64,000 nt of DNA from Candidatus Eiseniibacteriota bacterium (GCA_963783375.1 CAWANH010000029.1:1088001-1152000), one strand, 5' to 3'; positions 1-10,875 are shown, numbered from the stretch's first letter. Notes: a model not told the origin generated them from the letters alone. A program made the numbers and translations.

Positions 1-2034
1 GACCGGGGTCGGCCCGCAGGTATCACACGGGGTGACCGCGAAGAAGTCGGGGGAATTGGGCAGGTTCCCAAATTCCGAGGAGCTCAGGGCCCCGAATGCG
101 GTCACCGCGTACCGATAGTGAGTTCCGTTGACGACCGCGGTATCCACGAAGGTATAGCGGCCGATCGGATAGAGTGGACATCCCTGCTCGGTGACACCGA
201 TCTGTCCCACGTTGTGGTCGAGGATGGTCCGCAGGTCCTGCGCCCCCCCGGCCGGGTTCTCCCGATACTCCGCCACCAGCGTCCACGCGTCATCGCCGGG
301 CCCCACCCAATCTCCCTGCCAGTCGGCCACCTTCCACACCCGGTAGCCCTCGAAGATCCTCAGGCCGGAGAAGGCGTCGACGTCGTAGCACTCGGAACGG
401 TTGTCCCACTGGAGGGTCACCTCGCCGTTTCCGGCGGGTGGAACGTAGGCGAGGAGGTTCGGATCGTGTTCCGGGTCCAGGGACGGATCGAGATTCGTCA
501 GCGGATCCGGCGGCGCCACGTTGCCGACCCAGCGCAGGACCGCCTCCTGCCCGCTCACCCCCGTGCATGGATCGCAGTCACCGTCCACCCAAGTGCACGC
601 GGTCGACCTGATGGTGATCGTGACCGCCGATGTATCGCAGGGATCGTCCCAGAGGATCTCTTCGCCGGGGTTCAGTACGCGGAGACAGGTCTCCTTGCCG
701 TCGATTCCAGTTGTCGGATTCTGATCCGCGTCGACATAGGCCCCCCGGTACACCATGGCTGCGGCGGTCGAGTTCTCCCGGAACCCGGTGAATCCGTCCC
801 CGATCACGTAGGCCATCTGGAAGCCCACGGACTCGCCCGGCTCCAGCCCCTGGAACGGCCCCGCCGCGCTCACGTGGCTGTAGTCCCCGGGGTCGGCGGC
901 GCTCCCGGCGGCCACTCCGGGCCGGGGGTTCCCGGTGTCGAATCCCCCCAGCGCCATGAGCTGGTAGCGATCGGGATCGTTGTTGGGGAGGCTGTCCGGC
1001 GAGGTCTGGAGGAACCACCGGATGGTCCTCGGGCCGACCCGGGCGGGAGCGCGCAGGCCGTTGCCGTCGGTCGGGTGACCGAGGATCACGGTGCCGAACA
1101 CTCCAGGGACGTCGCCCCCATCGCTTCCGGTGGCGAGATCCGGAGCGTCCCACATGAACGCGGCGTTGAATTCAAGATCGGTCGAGGAACACGCTCCCGG
1201 GAGACCCGTGGAGACGGTGGTGTCCATCCGGGCCCAGCCGACCAGATCATCGCTCCAGTAGTCGCCATGGTCCCGGGGGCCGATGTCGGAATCGCAATGG
1301 ATGCCCAGGTAGATGTCGTGCAGGTGCTGATCGCCGTGATTGATGATCTGGAAGTCGAAGCCGATGAACTCGTTGATCCCATCGGTGGACCATTGGAACG
1401 AGCGCTGTCGCACCAGCACGCCGAGGGGAACGTGATCGGGACTCTGCGCGATCGCTTCCGGAGTGTCGTCCTGGTAGACACACGAAAGCATCTGGGAACC
1501 CGCGGCGGCGAAGTCCTCGTCGATCTTCCCGTCCCCGTCGTCGTCAAAGCCGTCCTGGAAGTCCTCATCGACCACGCTGTCGTGATCGTCGTCCCCCGAG
1601 GTTCCGGGACCCGGCCGTTCTCCGTGCGGCGTCCCCTGAAAGGACTCATAGATCGTCGAGCGCGAATCGAGGCTGGGGCGGAGTTCCGACGGCGTTCCCG
1701 TGGAGACGTGGGGCTGATCGTCCGAGCCATAGGCCCCGATCCATGGCGAGGAAGAGAAGAGGTACTCCCCGCCCCGCCACGCGGCGGAGTAGTCGTCAAT
1801 GTACGGGTTTCCCACGATCCCGAGGTTGGTGACCTGCAGGACCAGCCGCCCAGCGTCGTGCTGGAACAGGTAGGGCGCGTGGATGGCGTAGACGCTGATT
1901 CCCAGGACCCCCGGGGTCCCCGGGTCGGCAACCGGGGTGCGTGCCTGGGCGCTGGCGGCGGACGCAAGCAGCAAAGCGAAGGCCAGGCAGAGAACGGAGT
2001 GGAACCTGGGTACGAAGCGATCGGCACATCTCAT
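1..2034 (-). CDS. Large secreted protein with acidic DDDGDGxxDED (Ca-binding-like) repeats; partial, runs off the left edge
   Basis: Absent from the ORF track because no stop lies in the window. AAGGAG RBS precedes ATG at 2034. Begins MRCADRFVPRFHSVLCLAFALLLASAASAQA (signal peptide) and contains DDDHDSVVDEDFQDGFDDDGDGKIDEDF. Frame is open at both ends read (start region and positions 1-50); the middle was not fully translated. The + ORF 118..2085 is its antisense shadow. Confidence 0.8.
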   Translation of the reverse strand, partial: MRCADRFVPRFHSVLCLAFALLLASAASAQARTPVADPGTPGVLGISVYAIHAPYLFQHDAGRLVLQVTNLGIVGNPYIDDYSAAWRGGEYLFSSSPWIGAYGSDDQPHVSTGTPSELRPSLDSRSTIYESFQGTPHGERPGPGTSGDDDHDSVVDEDFQDGFDDDGDGKIDEDFAAAGSQMLSCVYQDDTPEAIAQSPDHVPLGVLVRQRSFQWSTDGINEFIGFDFQIINHGDQHLHDIYLGIHCDSDIGPRDHGDYWSDDLVGWARMDTTVSTGLPGACSSTDLEFNAAFMWDAPDLATGSDGGDVPGVFGTVILGHPTDGNGLRAPARVGPRTIRWFLQTSPDSLPNNDPDRYQLMALGGFDTGNPRPGVAAGSAADPGDYSHVSAAGPFQGLEPGESVGFQMAYVIGDGFTGFRENSTAAAMVYRGAYVDADQNPTTGIDGKETCLRVLNPGEEILWDDPCDTSAVTITIRSTACTWVDGDCDPCTGVSGQEAVLRWVGNVAPPDPLTNLDPSLDPEHDPNLLAYVPPAGNGEVTLQWDNRSECYDVDAFSGLRIFEGYRVWKVADWQGDWVGPGDDAWTLVAEYRENPAGGAQDLRTILDHNVGQIGVTEQGCPLYPIGRYTFVDTAVVNGTHYRYAVTAFGALSSSEFGNLPNSPDFFAVTPCDTCGPTPV

Positions 2035-2174
2035 CGGCCTCGTCTCCTTACTTCAGCCCTAGCCCGCCATTCATACCATGGTTGAATTCAGGCTGCCACT
2101 GCTTTTGGTTGCCTCACCCCCTGAATCTGATATGTTTCGACCGCTTGCGAACTTATGACACCAGGAGGGCATCC

Positions 2175-2597
2175 ATGAAATCGAACCGGTCGGTGGTATT
2201 GCTCGCGATGGTCATGGCTCTGACGCTGGGCGCCTGCTTCGGTAAGGACGACGGCGCCAAGGCGGGGGGAAAGCTCCCCGATGACTTCGCCAGCGTCTTC
2301 CCCCTTCCCGCGAACGCGACCGTCACCAAGATGGCGGGGGCCCCCATGGCCAAGACCTTCGAGGCCTCGTTCTCCGCGCCGGGAACCGCGGTCGAGATCC
2401 GGGATTTCTACACCCGAAAGCTCGACGCGGACGGGTGGTCCATGAACGCCTCGACGGTGTCCGAAACCCCCTGGATGGACAACGGGCCGGTGTACTCGTC
2501 CACCGCCCGCGGCCACGGTTACTTCGTGACCGTCACCATCGACAAGGGGGACGGGCCCAAGACCAGTTTCAAGGCCATGGTGGGAATCAGCCGCTGA
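2175..2597 (+). CDS. Hypothetical lipoprotein
   Basis: AGGAGG RBS, then MKSNRSVVLLAMVMALTLGAC (lipobox LGA-C). Confidence 0.8.
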   Translation: MKSNRSVVLLAMVMALTLGACFGKDDGAKAGGKLPDDFASVFPLPANATVTKMAGAPMAKTFEASFSAPGTAVEIRDFYTRKLDADGWSMNASTVSETPWMDNGPVYSSTARGHGYFVTVTIDKGDGPKTSFKAMVGISR

Positions 2598-2666
2598 TCC
2601 CGGGGGAATCCCCGTCAAGTGCCGGTCTCCGGGGCCCGGAGGTTAACGCGCCACGTTGCTAACCCA

Positions 2667-3091
<425 letters not shown>

Positions 3092-3175
3092 GCGAAGCCG
3101 AAATGTCGGTGGGACGCCTGATGCCGGTCCGCACCCCAAAACAAGCCCGGTCGGGTCACCCCGGCCGGGCGCAGG

Positions 3176-3181
3176 ATTATA
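3176..3181 (-). promoter_or_regulatory. Putative -10 box for tRNA-Ser(GGA)
   Basis: Perfect TATAAT on the minus strand ~85 nt upstream of the tRNA in a GC-rich context; -35 is poor. Confidence 0.5.
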
Positions 3182-3296
3182 CCGAATCGACCCCGCCCCG
3201 GCGAGAGAGGATCCACGCTCCGGGCCGCCCCGGTTCATCCGGGTGAACCCGATCGGTCCAGCCCCCGCTCCGGGACGAGCCCCGGCGGAGGGACCC

Positions 3297-3797
3297 CTAT
3301 TTGGCCTGGGCGTCCCGGCGGAGCCTCTCGAAGAACGCCTTGAGCAGAAGCCCGCACTCCTCGGCCATGGGTCCGGGGACCACCTCGGTGTGATGGTTCA
3401 GGGGTTCGTGGACCGAGACGTCGGTGACCGACCCGAGCACCCCCCGCTTGGGATCGGCGCTCGCGAACACGACCTTCCGGAGCCGGGCCAGGAAGATCCC
3501 CCCGGCGCACATGAGGCAGGGCTCGAGGGTCACGTAGAGGTCCGCCCCCTCCAGGCGCCAGGATCCCAGGGTATTGGCCGCCGCGGTGATGGCGAGCATC
3601 TCCGCGTGGGCGGTGGGATCCTGGAGAGCCTCGTTCCGGTTGTGCCCCCGCCCCAAAATCCGCCCCCCCTGAACCACGATCGCCCCCACCGGGACCTCGT
3701 TCTCCTCCGCGGCCTGACGGGCCTCCTCGTAGGCCATCTGCATCCAGCGAAGATCCTGGTCGGGAGTGAGCGGGGGGAGTTCCTCTTCCGGACCCAT
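3297..3797 (-). CDS. tadA: tRNA adenosine(34) deaminase
   Basis: EVPVGA, DPTAHAE and VTLEPCLMCAG zinc-deaminase motifs; D-P-K-R-G. Confidence 0.93.
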   Translation of the reverse strand: MGPEEELPPLTPDQDLRWMQMAYEEARQAAEENEVPVGAIVVQGGRILGRGHNRNEALQDPTAHAEMLAITAAANTLGSWRLEGADLYVTLEPCLMCAGGIFLARLRKVVFASADPKRGVLGSVTDVSVHEPLNHHTEVVPGPMAEECGLLLKAFFERLRRDAQAK

Positions 3798-3798
3798 C

Positions 3799-4545
3799 TC
3801 AGCGACCTCCGTCGTCTCCGCGATTGTCGCCCATACCCGAGGAGGGCGCCTTCTTGATGAGGGGCAGGGTGTCCGCGATCTCGGTGGACACGGTCACCGC
3901 CACCTTCTCGATGGGCGGCGGATCCGGCACCGCCTTCTCGCTGGTAACCGCCGCGCGGTGGCTGTCGGTCGCCCGGATGTTGTACTCGGGATTGTACGGC
4001 TGGGACTTCTCGGTCTTGAGATCACTGGCCGACCAGAGCAGCGTACCGTCCGGAGCGTACATCTCTACCCGGGCGCCCACCGAGGTATCCGAAGTGCCTT
4101 CCTGACTGGCGGAGATCTTGACCTCCTCCCACTTGTTCACCTCGATCGCCACCACCGCATCGTAGCCGGTGGCTTCCAGGACCGCGGCCAGCGCCTTTTC
4201 GTCCAGCTTCCGGACCTTCTGCCAACTGCTCACCAGACGGTCGAAGTCCTCGCGCACCCCGGTCCGGTCGGCGTCCCGCATGAAAGTCTCGCGGTCGGCG
4301 ATGTAGTACTTGTTGGTGCCGCCGAGAGCCCGGGTCAGGTAATCGACCATCGCGTCCGCATCCTGATTCCCGGTCGTGTTGGCCCCGGCCAGAACCGCGA
4401 CCTTGCTCACGTTGTAGCTGTCGATGTTCGTCGCCAGTTCCGTCTTCACCTTCACCGCGCCCCGCCCCCCGCTCGCGGCCTGGCATCCGGCCATCGCAAT
4501 CGCGCCCATCATGGCTACCATCCCGATCCAACCGATTCGTCGCAT
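3799..4545 (-). CDS. Hypothetical lipoprotein
   Basis: MRRIGWIGMVAMMGAIAMAGC lipobox; GGAGG RBS; globular composition. Confidence 0.8.
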   Translation of the reverse strand: MRRIGWIGMVAMMGAIAMAGCQAASGGRGAVKVKTELATNIDSYNVSKVAVLAGANTTGNQDADAMVDYLTRALGGTNKYYIADRETFMRDADRTGVREDFDRLVSSWQKVRKLDEKALAAVLEATGYDAVVAIEVNKWEEVKISASQEGTSDTSVGARVEMYAPDGTLLWSASDLKTEKSQPYNPEYNIRATDSHRAAVTSEKAVPDPPPIEKVAVTVSTEIADTLPLIKKAPSSGMGDNRGDDGGR

Positions 4546-4623
4546 TTCGCCACCTCCTCCATCGCCCGGCGGGCGGGGTGTCTGAGGAACCCCAACCCAC
4601 CATACGCTCCACCCAACGCCCCA

Positions 4624-5157
4624 TCAAGAACCAGACTGGGGACTCTCGGGATAGGTCTTCTTGTATTCGAGATAGTTCCGCACGCCGAACATGATGAGGC
4701 TCTCCAACTCCTCGTCGGTCACCCCGCGAACCACCCGGGCCGGCCGACCCACCACCAGGCTCCGCGGGGGGATCTCGGTGCCGGGGGTGATCAGGGTGCC
4801 CGCCCCCACCACCGACTCCTCGCCCACCACCGACCCGTCCATGAGGGTCGATCCCATCCCTATCAGGACCCGGTCCTTCACCGTGCACCCGTGAAGGAGC
4901 ACGTTGTGTCCGGCCACGACGTCGTTCCCGATCACCGTGGGCCAGGTATCGATGCTCACGTGGATGGTGGAGTTGTCCTGGATGTTGGTCCGATCGCCGA
5001 TGCGAATGAAGTTGACGTCGCCGCGGACCACGACGTTGAACCAGAGGCTGGCCTCTTCACCCAGCACCACGTCACCGATGACGGTGGCGGTGGGGGCCAG
5101 GTACACCGAGGCGGGGATGGTCGGGGTGATGCCGTGGTGCGGGATGACGAGCGGCAT
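4624..5157 (-). CDS. Gamma-carbonic anhydrase family (YrdA-like hexapeptide repeat) protein
   Basis: VIGDV..GEEASLWFNVVVRGD, NIQDNSTIH and GHNVLLHGC motifs. Start set at MPLVIPHH, since the longer ORF overlaps the tRNA. Confidence 0.92.
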   Translation of the reverse strand: MPLVIPHHGITPTIPASVYLAPTATVIGDVVLGEEASLWFNVVVRGDVNFIRIGDRTNIQDNSTIHVSIDTWPTVIGNDVVAGHNVLLHGCTVKDRVLIGMGSTLMDGSVVGEESVVGAGTLITPGTEIPPRSLVVGRPARVVRGVTDEELESLIMFGVRNYLEYKKTYPESPQSGS

Positions 5158-5257
5158 GATGGCCCTTTCGCCGCGGCCGGGACGGGGCGCGGCGTCCGCG
5201 CCGGTCCGCCGGAGAAAACCCCGGGCCGTCCTCGACCCGGGGAAGGGAATGACTGAG

Positions 5258-5334
5258 TGGTGGGCCCAGCAGGAGTCGAACCCGCAACCTTTTGATCCGT
5301 AGTCAAACGCTCTATCCAATTGAGCTATGGGCCC
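5258..5334 (-). tRNA. tRNA-Arg(ACG)
   Basis: Reverse complement GGGCCCATAGCTCAATTGGATAGAGCG-TTTGA CT ACG GA TCAAA-AGGTTGCGGGTTCGACTCCTGCTGGGCCCACCA (77 nt). Confidence 0.97.
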
Positions 5335-5396
5335 AAGCTCTTTGACCGCCAAGGACTTAGCGGAAGACAATCCCCTCCCGCCCGCGGCGCCGGGAC

Positions 5397-5425
5397 ATTA
5401 TACGGGGGAGGTCATCGCCTTTCAA
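5397..5425 (-). promoter_or_regulatory. Sigma70-type promoter upstream of tRNA-Arg(ACG)
   Basis: TTGAAA-17 nt-TATAAT on the minus strand. Confidence 0.75.
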
Positions 5426-6237
5426 TCCTGGACTTCGGCGCCGGGGGATCTTCCCTGCCCCAAGATCCGGTCCACCGCCTCGGCCAGGTCCGCCACCACC
5501 CGGTCGGCCTGCCGGGGGGAGGCGGCGTATCGCTCCTCCCGGTACTTCCCGGTCCGCACCTGGATCCCGGTCAGGCCGGCATCCATGGCCGGGACGACGT
5601 CGCCCCACAGATCGTCCCCCACCATGGCGACCTCGCCCGGGGAAAGGCCCAGGCGACGGACCCCGGCCCGGAAGAAGTCGAGGCTCGGTTTTCCCACCAC
5701 CAGGGCCTCGGTCTCCCCGGCATACTCCAGCAGCTTCACGAAGGGTCCACAATCCAGCACCAGCCCGTCCGGTCCCTGGTAATACCGGTTCAGGGCGAGA
5801 GCCACCAGCACCGCCCCGTCGTGGAGCCAGTGGAAGGCGCGGGTCAGGGTATCGGGGGTGAAGCCATCCCCCAGATCCCCCACCAGAACCGCGTCCACCG
5901 GTTCGCCCGCCGGAGCCTGAGGGAGGACGGGCTCGACGCCGGGGAGATCCTCGGCCAGTTCGGGTACGCAGAGCCACCCCACCCGCCGGCACCCCCGCTC
6001 GGCCAGGAGATCGCCGGCCATCTGGGCCGCGGTCAGAAACCGGTCGTCGTCGATCTCGAACCCCAGCTCGCGCAGGGTGCGAAGGATCCGGGAGCGGGGG
6101 TAGAGGGTGCTGTTGGTGAGGAAGAGATGGGGGAATCCCGCCCGGCGAAGCCGGCGCACCGCCTCCACACTTCCATCGATGGCGTTCGGGTGGGTGTAGA
6201 GCACCCCGTGAACATCGGACAGGAGACCCTTGATCAT
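5422..6237 (-). CDS. HAD-superfamily subfamily IIA hydrolase (LHPP/NagD-like)
   Basis: LSDVHGVL, FLTNST, VVGKPS, MVGDD..GDV and VRTGKY motifs. Confidence 0.9.
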   Translation of the reverse strand: MIKGLLSDVHGVLYTHPNAIDGSVEAVRRLRRAGFPHLFLTNSTLYPRSRILRTLRELGFEIDDDRFLTAAQMAGDLLAERGCRRVGWLCVPELAEDLPGVEPVLPQAPAGEPVDAVLVGDLGDGFTPDTLTRAFHWLHDGAVLVALALNRYYQGPDGLVLDCGPFVKLLEYAGETEALVVGKPSLDFFRAGVRRLGLSPGEVAMVGDDLWGDVVPAMDAGLTGIQVRTGKYREERYAASPRQADRVVADLAEAVDRILGQGRSPGAEVQD

Positions 6238-6468
6238 GCTTCGTTTCCCCGCGTCTCTGACCCGCACCCAGGCCGGCGGTCTTGACGGCGTTCGCGGCCT
6301 TGTTTCCGCGAACCCCCTTCCCTATGATGGCGCACGACGCTCCGGGCGGAAACCCACGGCGTGGCTCACCCGGCCCGTTCGCGAGCCCGCGGCCACGGTG
6401 GAGATCCGTCCGCCGGCTCGGGCGTCGCGCGACGGATTCCCGCCTCCATTCCGAAGGAATCGACGACG

Positions 6469-9141
6469 ATGATCCACCCCCTCCCCTGGGAGCGCCGTTC
6501 CCCCCGACGCCGGCCTCGCCGCTCCGGGGCCGGGACCGCCGCGGCCGCCGCCCTCTTCGCCGCCGTGCTCTGGAGCGCGCTCACCGCGCCGCCGGCCCGG
6601 GCCGCGGACTTCCCGGGCCCGGAAGCGTTCTTCGGCCACCCCATGGGGGCCGATCGCCGGTTGGTGAGCTACGACGAATACCTTCCCTACTACCACCTCC
6701 TCGCCGAGCGATCGGATCGGGTGACGATCGAGACCCTCGGAAAGACCGTGGGGGGAAGGGACCTGGTCCTGGTCACCGTGTCGAGCCCGGAGAACCTGGC
6801 CGCCCTCGACCGCTACCGCAGGATCTCCTCCCGGCTGAACGATCCGCGCGGCCTCTCCCCCGCCGGGATCGATTCCCTGGTGGAAGCAGGGAAGTCCGTG
6901 CTGTTCGTCTCGCTCAACATCCACTCCACCGAGATCGGCTCCAGCCAGATGGGGATGGAGTGGGTCTACCGGTTGGCCACCGGCGGCCCGGAGACCGCCG
7001 CCGGTGCCCTCGACGACGTCATCGTGCTCCTGGTCCCCTCCATGAACCCCGACGGCCAGGTCATGGTGACCGACTGGTACCGCACCCATGTCGGCACCGC
7101 CTACGAGGGCTCGCCGCTCCCCCGCCTCTATCATCCCTACGCCGGCCACGACGACAACCGCGACTGGTTCATGCTGAACCTTCCCGAGACCCGCGCGGTG
7201 AACGACCTCCTCTACCACCGTTGGTTCCCGCAAATCGTCCTCGATGAGCACCAGATGGGACCGAGGGGGCCTCGCATCTTCGTCCCCCCCTATGCCGATC
7301 CGCTCTCCGGGAACGTGCCCCCGCTGGTGATGCGCGGGGCGGACCTGATCGGCGCCGGCATGGCCCTGGACCTGGAGGAGCGCGGGAAGGCGGGGGTGAT
7401 CTCCGGGTACTCCTTCGACGCCTATTGGCCGGGGGGAACCCGCTCCACCCCCTGGTGGAAGAACACGGTGGGCATCCTGACCGAGGTGGCCTCGCCGCGG
7501 ATCGCCACCCCGATCGATCTCGACCCCGCGGAGCTCGAGGGAGGCCGGAAGGGCCTCCCGGAATACCGCCGCCAGGTGAACTTTCCCAATCCCTGGCCGG
7601 GGGGGTGGTGGCGCCTGCGGGACGTGGTCGACTACGAGCTCATCGTGAGCGACAGCGCGCTCCGGACCGCGGCCCGCCACCGCCGGGACTTCCTGGCCAA
7701 CCGGGCGCGGATGGCCCTGGATGCGGTGGCGCGCGGGCGGGACGAGTCCCCGGCCGGGTTCGTGATCCCCGCCGGCCAACGCGATCCGGGCGCGGCGTCG
7801 CGACTGGTCGACCTTCTCCGGGAGAACGGCCTGGAGGTCGATCGCACCCTGTCTCCGGTCATGGCGTCCGGGGAGACCCTTCCCGCCGGGTCCTTCGTGA
7901 TCCCCGCCAGCCAGCCGTTTCGCCCATTCCTCCTGGAGATGATGGAACCCCAGGTCTACCCCGAGGTGCGCCAGGGACCGGGCACCCGCGCGATCTACGC
8001 CCCCTACGACGTCACCGCCTGGACCCTGCCCGAACTCATGGGGGTCGAGACCCGGGCCCTCGCTTCCCTTCCGGAAGTTTCCCTGGCCCCGGTCGAGGGT
8101 CCCACGTGGACGCCTCCCCCCCCGCTCCCGGACGCGGCCCAGGCGTCGTGGGCCCTTACCCCGACGGAGAACGACGCCTATGCCGCGGTATTCCGCCTTC
8201 TCGCCGGAGGGGTTCCGGTGAGCCAGGCCCTCGACTCGGTGAGGACTCCGGACGGTCCGCTTCCTCCGGGGGCGTTCCTGGTCACCGCGTCCTCCAGGGT
8301 GGTGGCCAAGGCTCTCGACGGCCTTCGGGCCCATGCCTTCCGTCCCGGACCCGCCGCCACCCCGGGGTTCCGCCGGCGCTCGCTCCACCTTCCCCGGGTG
8401 GGGATCTACCAGTCCTGGCTCGCCCCCACCGATGAGGGATGGACCCGCTTCGTGCTCGACGGATTCGGTCTCCCCTACACCGTGCTCCACAACCGTGACA
8501 TCCAGGACCAGCCCCTGGCCAGACGCTTCGACACCATCATCCTTCCCGACCAGAGCCTGAACGAGTTGGTTGACGGCCGGGAGGGAGGAGAGGCCGGACC
8601 CGGGGAGCGGCGGCCCGCTCCCTACGCGGGGGGCCTGGGGGCGGCAGGGGTGAACGCCCTCCGTGAGTTCGTACAACGCGGCGGAACCCTGGTGACCCTG
8701 GGCGACGCCGCCGGGCTACCCATCGTAGAGTTCGACATCCCGGTGAGGGACGCCGCGAAGGGAGTCGACCGGGCGGATCTCGACGTTCCCGGAACGCTGC
8801 TTCGGGTGGAGGTGGACCGCGCCCATCCCCTGGGCTTCGGCATGCCGCCCGAGGCCACGGTGTTCGTGACCCGCCCCCCCATCCTCACCACCGAGCCTCC
8901 CGGACCGGAGGGCAACCGGAAGGTGGTGGCCCGCTTCGTCGCCGAGGACCGGGTGGTGGCCAGCGGGTGGGCGGTGGGCGCCGCCCGGCTGGCCGGCCAA
9001 CCCGTCCTGGTGGAGACGACCCTGGGACGGGGCAGGATCGTGCTCTTCGCCTTCCGTCCCCAGTTCCGCGGACAGACCCAGGGCACCTACCGGATGTTCC
9101 TGAACGCTCTCCTCGACCCCGCCGCGCAACCCGCCCGTTAG
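6469..9141 (+). CDS. Secreted M14-family zinc carboxypeptidase with C-terminal GATase-like domain
   Basis: Arg-rich signal peptide; IHSTE, NPDG, GHDDNRDW and LDEHQMG motifs; C-terminal DEGWTRFVLD. Start is approximate. Confidence 0.85.
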   Translation: MIHPLPWERRSPRRRPRRSGAGTAAAAALFAAVLWSALTAPPARAADFPGPEAFFGHPMGADRRLVSYDEYLPYYHLLAERSDRVTIETLGKTVGGRDLVLVTVSSPENLAALDRYRRISSRLNDPRGLSPAGIDSLVEAGKSVLFVSLNIHSTEIGSSQMGMEWVYRLATGGPETAAGALDDVIVLLVPSMNPDGQVMVTDWYRTHVGTAYEGSPLPRLYHPYAGHDDNRDWFMLNLPETRAVNDLLYHRWFPQIVLDEHQMGPRGPRIFVPPYADPLSGNVPPLVMRGADLIGAGMALDLEERGKAGVISGYSFDAYWPGGTRSTPWWKNTVGILTEVASPRIATPIDLDPAELEGGRKGLPEYRRQVNFPNPWPGGWWRLRDVVDYELIVSDSALRTAARHRRDFLANRARMALDAVARGRDESPAGFVIPAGQRDPGAASRLVDLLRENGLEVDRTLSPVMASGETLPAGSFVIPASQPFRPFLLEMMEPQVYPEVRQGPGTRAIYAPYDVTAWTLPELMGVETRALASLPEVSLAPVEGPTWTPPPPLPDAAQASWALTPTENDAYAAVFRLLAGGVPVSQALDSVRTPDGPLPPGAFLVTASSRVVAKALDGLRAHAFRPGPAATPGFRRRSLHLPRVGIYQSWLAPTDEGWTRFVLDGFGLPYTVLHNRDIQDQPLARRFDTIILPDQSLNELVDGREGGEAGPGERRPAPYAGGLGAAGVNALREFVQRGGTLVTLGDAAGLPIVEFDIPVRDAAKGVDRADLDVPGTLLRVEVDRAHPLGFGMPPEATVFVTRPPILTTEPPGPEGNRKVVARFVAEDRVVASGWAVGAARLAGQPVLVETTLGRGRIVLFAFRPQFRGQTQGTYRMFLNALLDPAAQPAR

Positions 9142-9159
9142 GCGCGGCCCGGGGTCCGG

Positions 9160-10875
9160 TCAGACCCCGGCCAACCTGGCCCTGAATGCCGCGGGTTCCA
9201 GGTAGGACGGGTGATGGTCTTGGAGCAACCGGTCCAGCTTGGCGTCGTGACCGTAGAGGTCCTTTCGGAACTCCACCGTTCCGCCGGCGTCCACGAAGGC
9301 CGTCCAGTAGAGCAGGTAGACCGGCATCGGGTTCACGAGGTTCAACTGGCGGCGCTTCCCGGAGTCGATCAACCTTTTCAGCTTATCCCTGGTCCACTCC
9401 CCCTGGCCCTTCAGGAGGACGACCCCGAAGTCCAGGGGCTTCTCGATCCGCACGCACCCATGGCTCAGATCCCGTTTGGCGCGGTCGAAGAGGCGCGGCT
9501 CAGAGGTGTCGTGCAGGTAGACGCTGTACTCGTTGGGGAACATGAACTTGATGGTGCCGAGCGGGTTCCTGGGTCCGGCTTCCTGCCGGAACCGGTAGGG
9601 AAAGTTGCTGGTGTCGACGGACGCCCAGCTCACCGAGTCCGGGTTCACGGTGTCGTTGTCGCGGTCGAGCACGGTGATGTTGCGATTGACCAGGTAGTCC
9701 GGCTCCTCTTCCAGCTTGGGGAGGATCTCCTCGGTGGCGATGCTCTTGGGAACGTTCCAGCGGGGGTTCACGTCGATGTAGGTGATCCGGTCGGCGAAGG
9801 CGGGGGTGGGCTTGTACTCGCTTCCTGCCACCACCCGCATGGTGAGCACCGGCCTCCCGGCTTCCTCCACCTCCAGCCGGAAGGCGGGGATGTTCACCAT
9901 GACGTAGCGGGTGCCGAGGCTGTCGGGGAGCCACCGCCAGCGCTCGAGATTCAGGACCATGCTCCGGATCCGATCGGCGATGGGGACTTCCATCTGGGCC
10001 ACGGTCTGCCGCCCCACGATCCCGTCCTCCACGAGCCCATGGCGGGCCTGGAAGCGGCGGACCGCGGCATCCAGGGTGGAGTCGAACGCCGCGGCGGTCG
10101 AGTCCGGCCGGGAGCCGGCGGCGCCCAGATCCCCGGTCGCGGCCAGGAACCGGCGCACCGCGGCCACTTCATCCGAGGTGTCCCCGAGCGCGACCCGGAA
10201 CGTTCCGGTGATCCGGGGCCAGCCCCCTGCCGCCTCGGTCCGCCGGTAGAAGCTCAGGGCGGTTTCCAGCCGGACGTATTCGGGATGATAGGAATTGACC
10301 CCCCTCAGGGTTCCGGCCACGTCGTCGTCGAGCACCGCCCGGGTCAGGAACCGGGTCAGGTCGGGGCCGCGAGGGGCGATGTGCCAATCCTTGTCCACCG
10401 CGGCGGGGTTCACCCGCCCCTGGGAGAGATGGCGCGCGTAGGTGAGAAAGACGAAGCTCAGGTAAAGGTCCCGCTCCGCGGCCGTGCGGGCGGACCCGGA
10501 CTCCGGTTTCCACGCCTCGATCGCCTTCACCGGATAGTCCTCCGGGTCGAGCCCGTAGGATTCCGCCTCCCCGAGCACCTCCAGGAGTTCCCGGACCCGG
10601 CGCAATCCCTTCCGGTCGCCGCCCCAGGCGGGGAGATACTGGCGCGCCTCGTAGAACCGGGTCAGCTCCTTCCAGACGTGCGAGGCCTCGCGAGGCGACG
10701 CGAAACCCCGGGCTACGCCCTCCGAGTCGACGATGCGCTGGATCCAGGCGGTCTCATCGGTGGGCGCGACACCGGGAGTCTCGGACGGATCAGCCCCCGC
10801 CGAGGCCGGGAGGAGGACCAGGAAGAGCAGAACGGCGGCAACTTGGCGGAAGCGCAAACGAGGGGTCACCCGCAT
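9160..10875 (-). CDS. L,D-transpeptidase (YcbB/LdtD-like: scaffold, PG-binding and YkuD domains)
   Basis: AVRRFQARHGL..DGIVG PG-binding motif; VNIPAF, NPRWNVPKSI and VYLHDT...LSHGCVR catalytic motif. Confidence 0.92.
   Translation of the reverse strand: MRVTPRLRFRQVAAVLLFLVLLPASAGADPSETPGVAPTDETAWIQRIVDSEGVARGFASPREASHVWKELTRFYEARQYLPAWGGDRKGLRRVRELLEVLGEAESYGLDPEDYPVKAIEAWKPESGSARTAAERDLYLSFVFLTYARHLSQGRVNPAAVDKDWHIAPRGPDLTRFLTRAVLDDDVAGTLRGVNSYHPEYVRLETALSFYRRTEAAGGWPRITGTFRVALGDTSDEVAAVRRFLAATGDLGAAGSRPDSTAAAFDSTLDAAVRRFQARHGLVEDGIVGRQTVAQMEVPIADRIRSMVLNLERWRWLPDSLGTRYVMVNIPAFRLEVEEAGRPVLTMRVVAGSEYKPTPAFADRITYIDVNPRWNVPKSIATEEILPKLEEEPDYLVNRNITVLDRDNDTVNPDSVSWASVDTSNFPYRFRQEAGPRNPLGTIKFMFPNEYSVYLHDTSEPRLFDRAKRDLSHGCVRIEKPLDFGVVLLKGQGEWTRDKLKRLIDSGKRRQLNLVNPMPVYLLYWTAFVDAGGTVEFRKDLYGHDAKLDRLLQDHHPSYLEPAAFRARLAGV

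Noticed and set aside
118-2085. 655-aa + strand ORF
   Set aside because: Antisense shadow of the minus-strand secreted-protein gene, which has an RBS, signal peptide and recognisable motifs.
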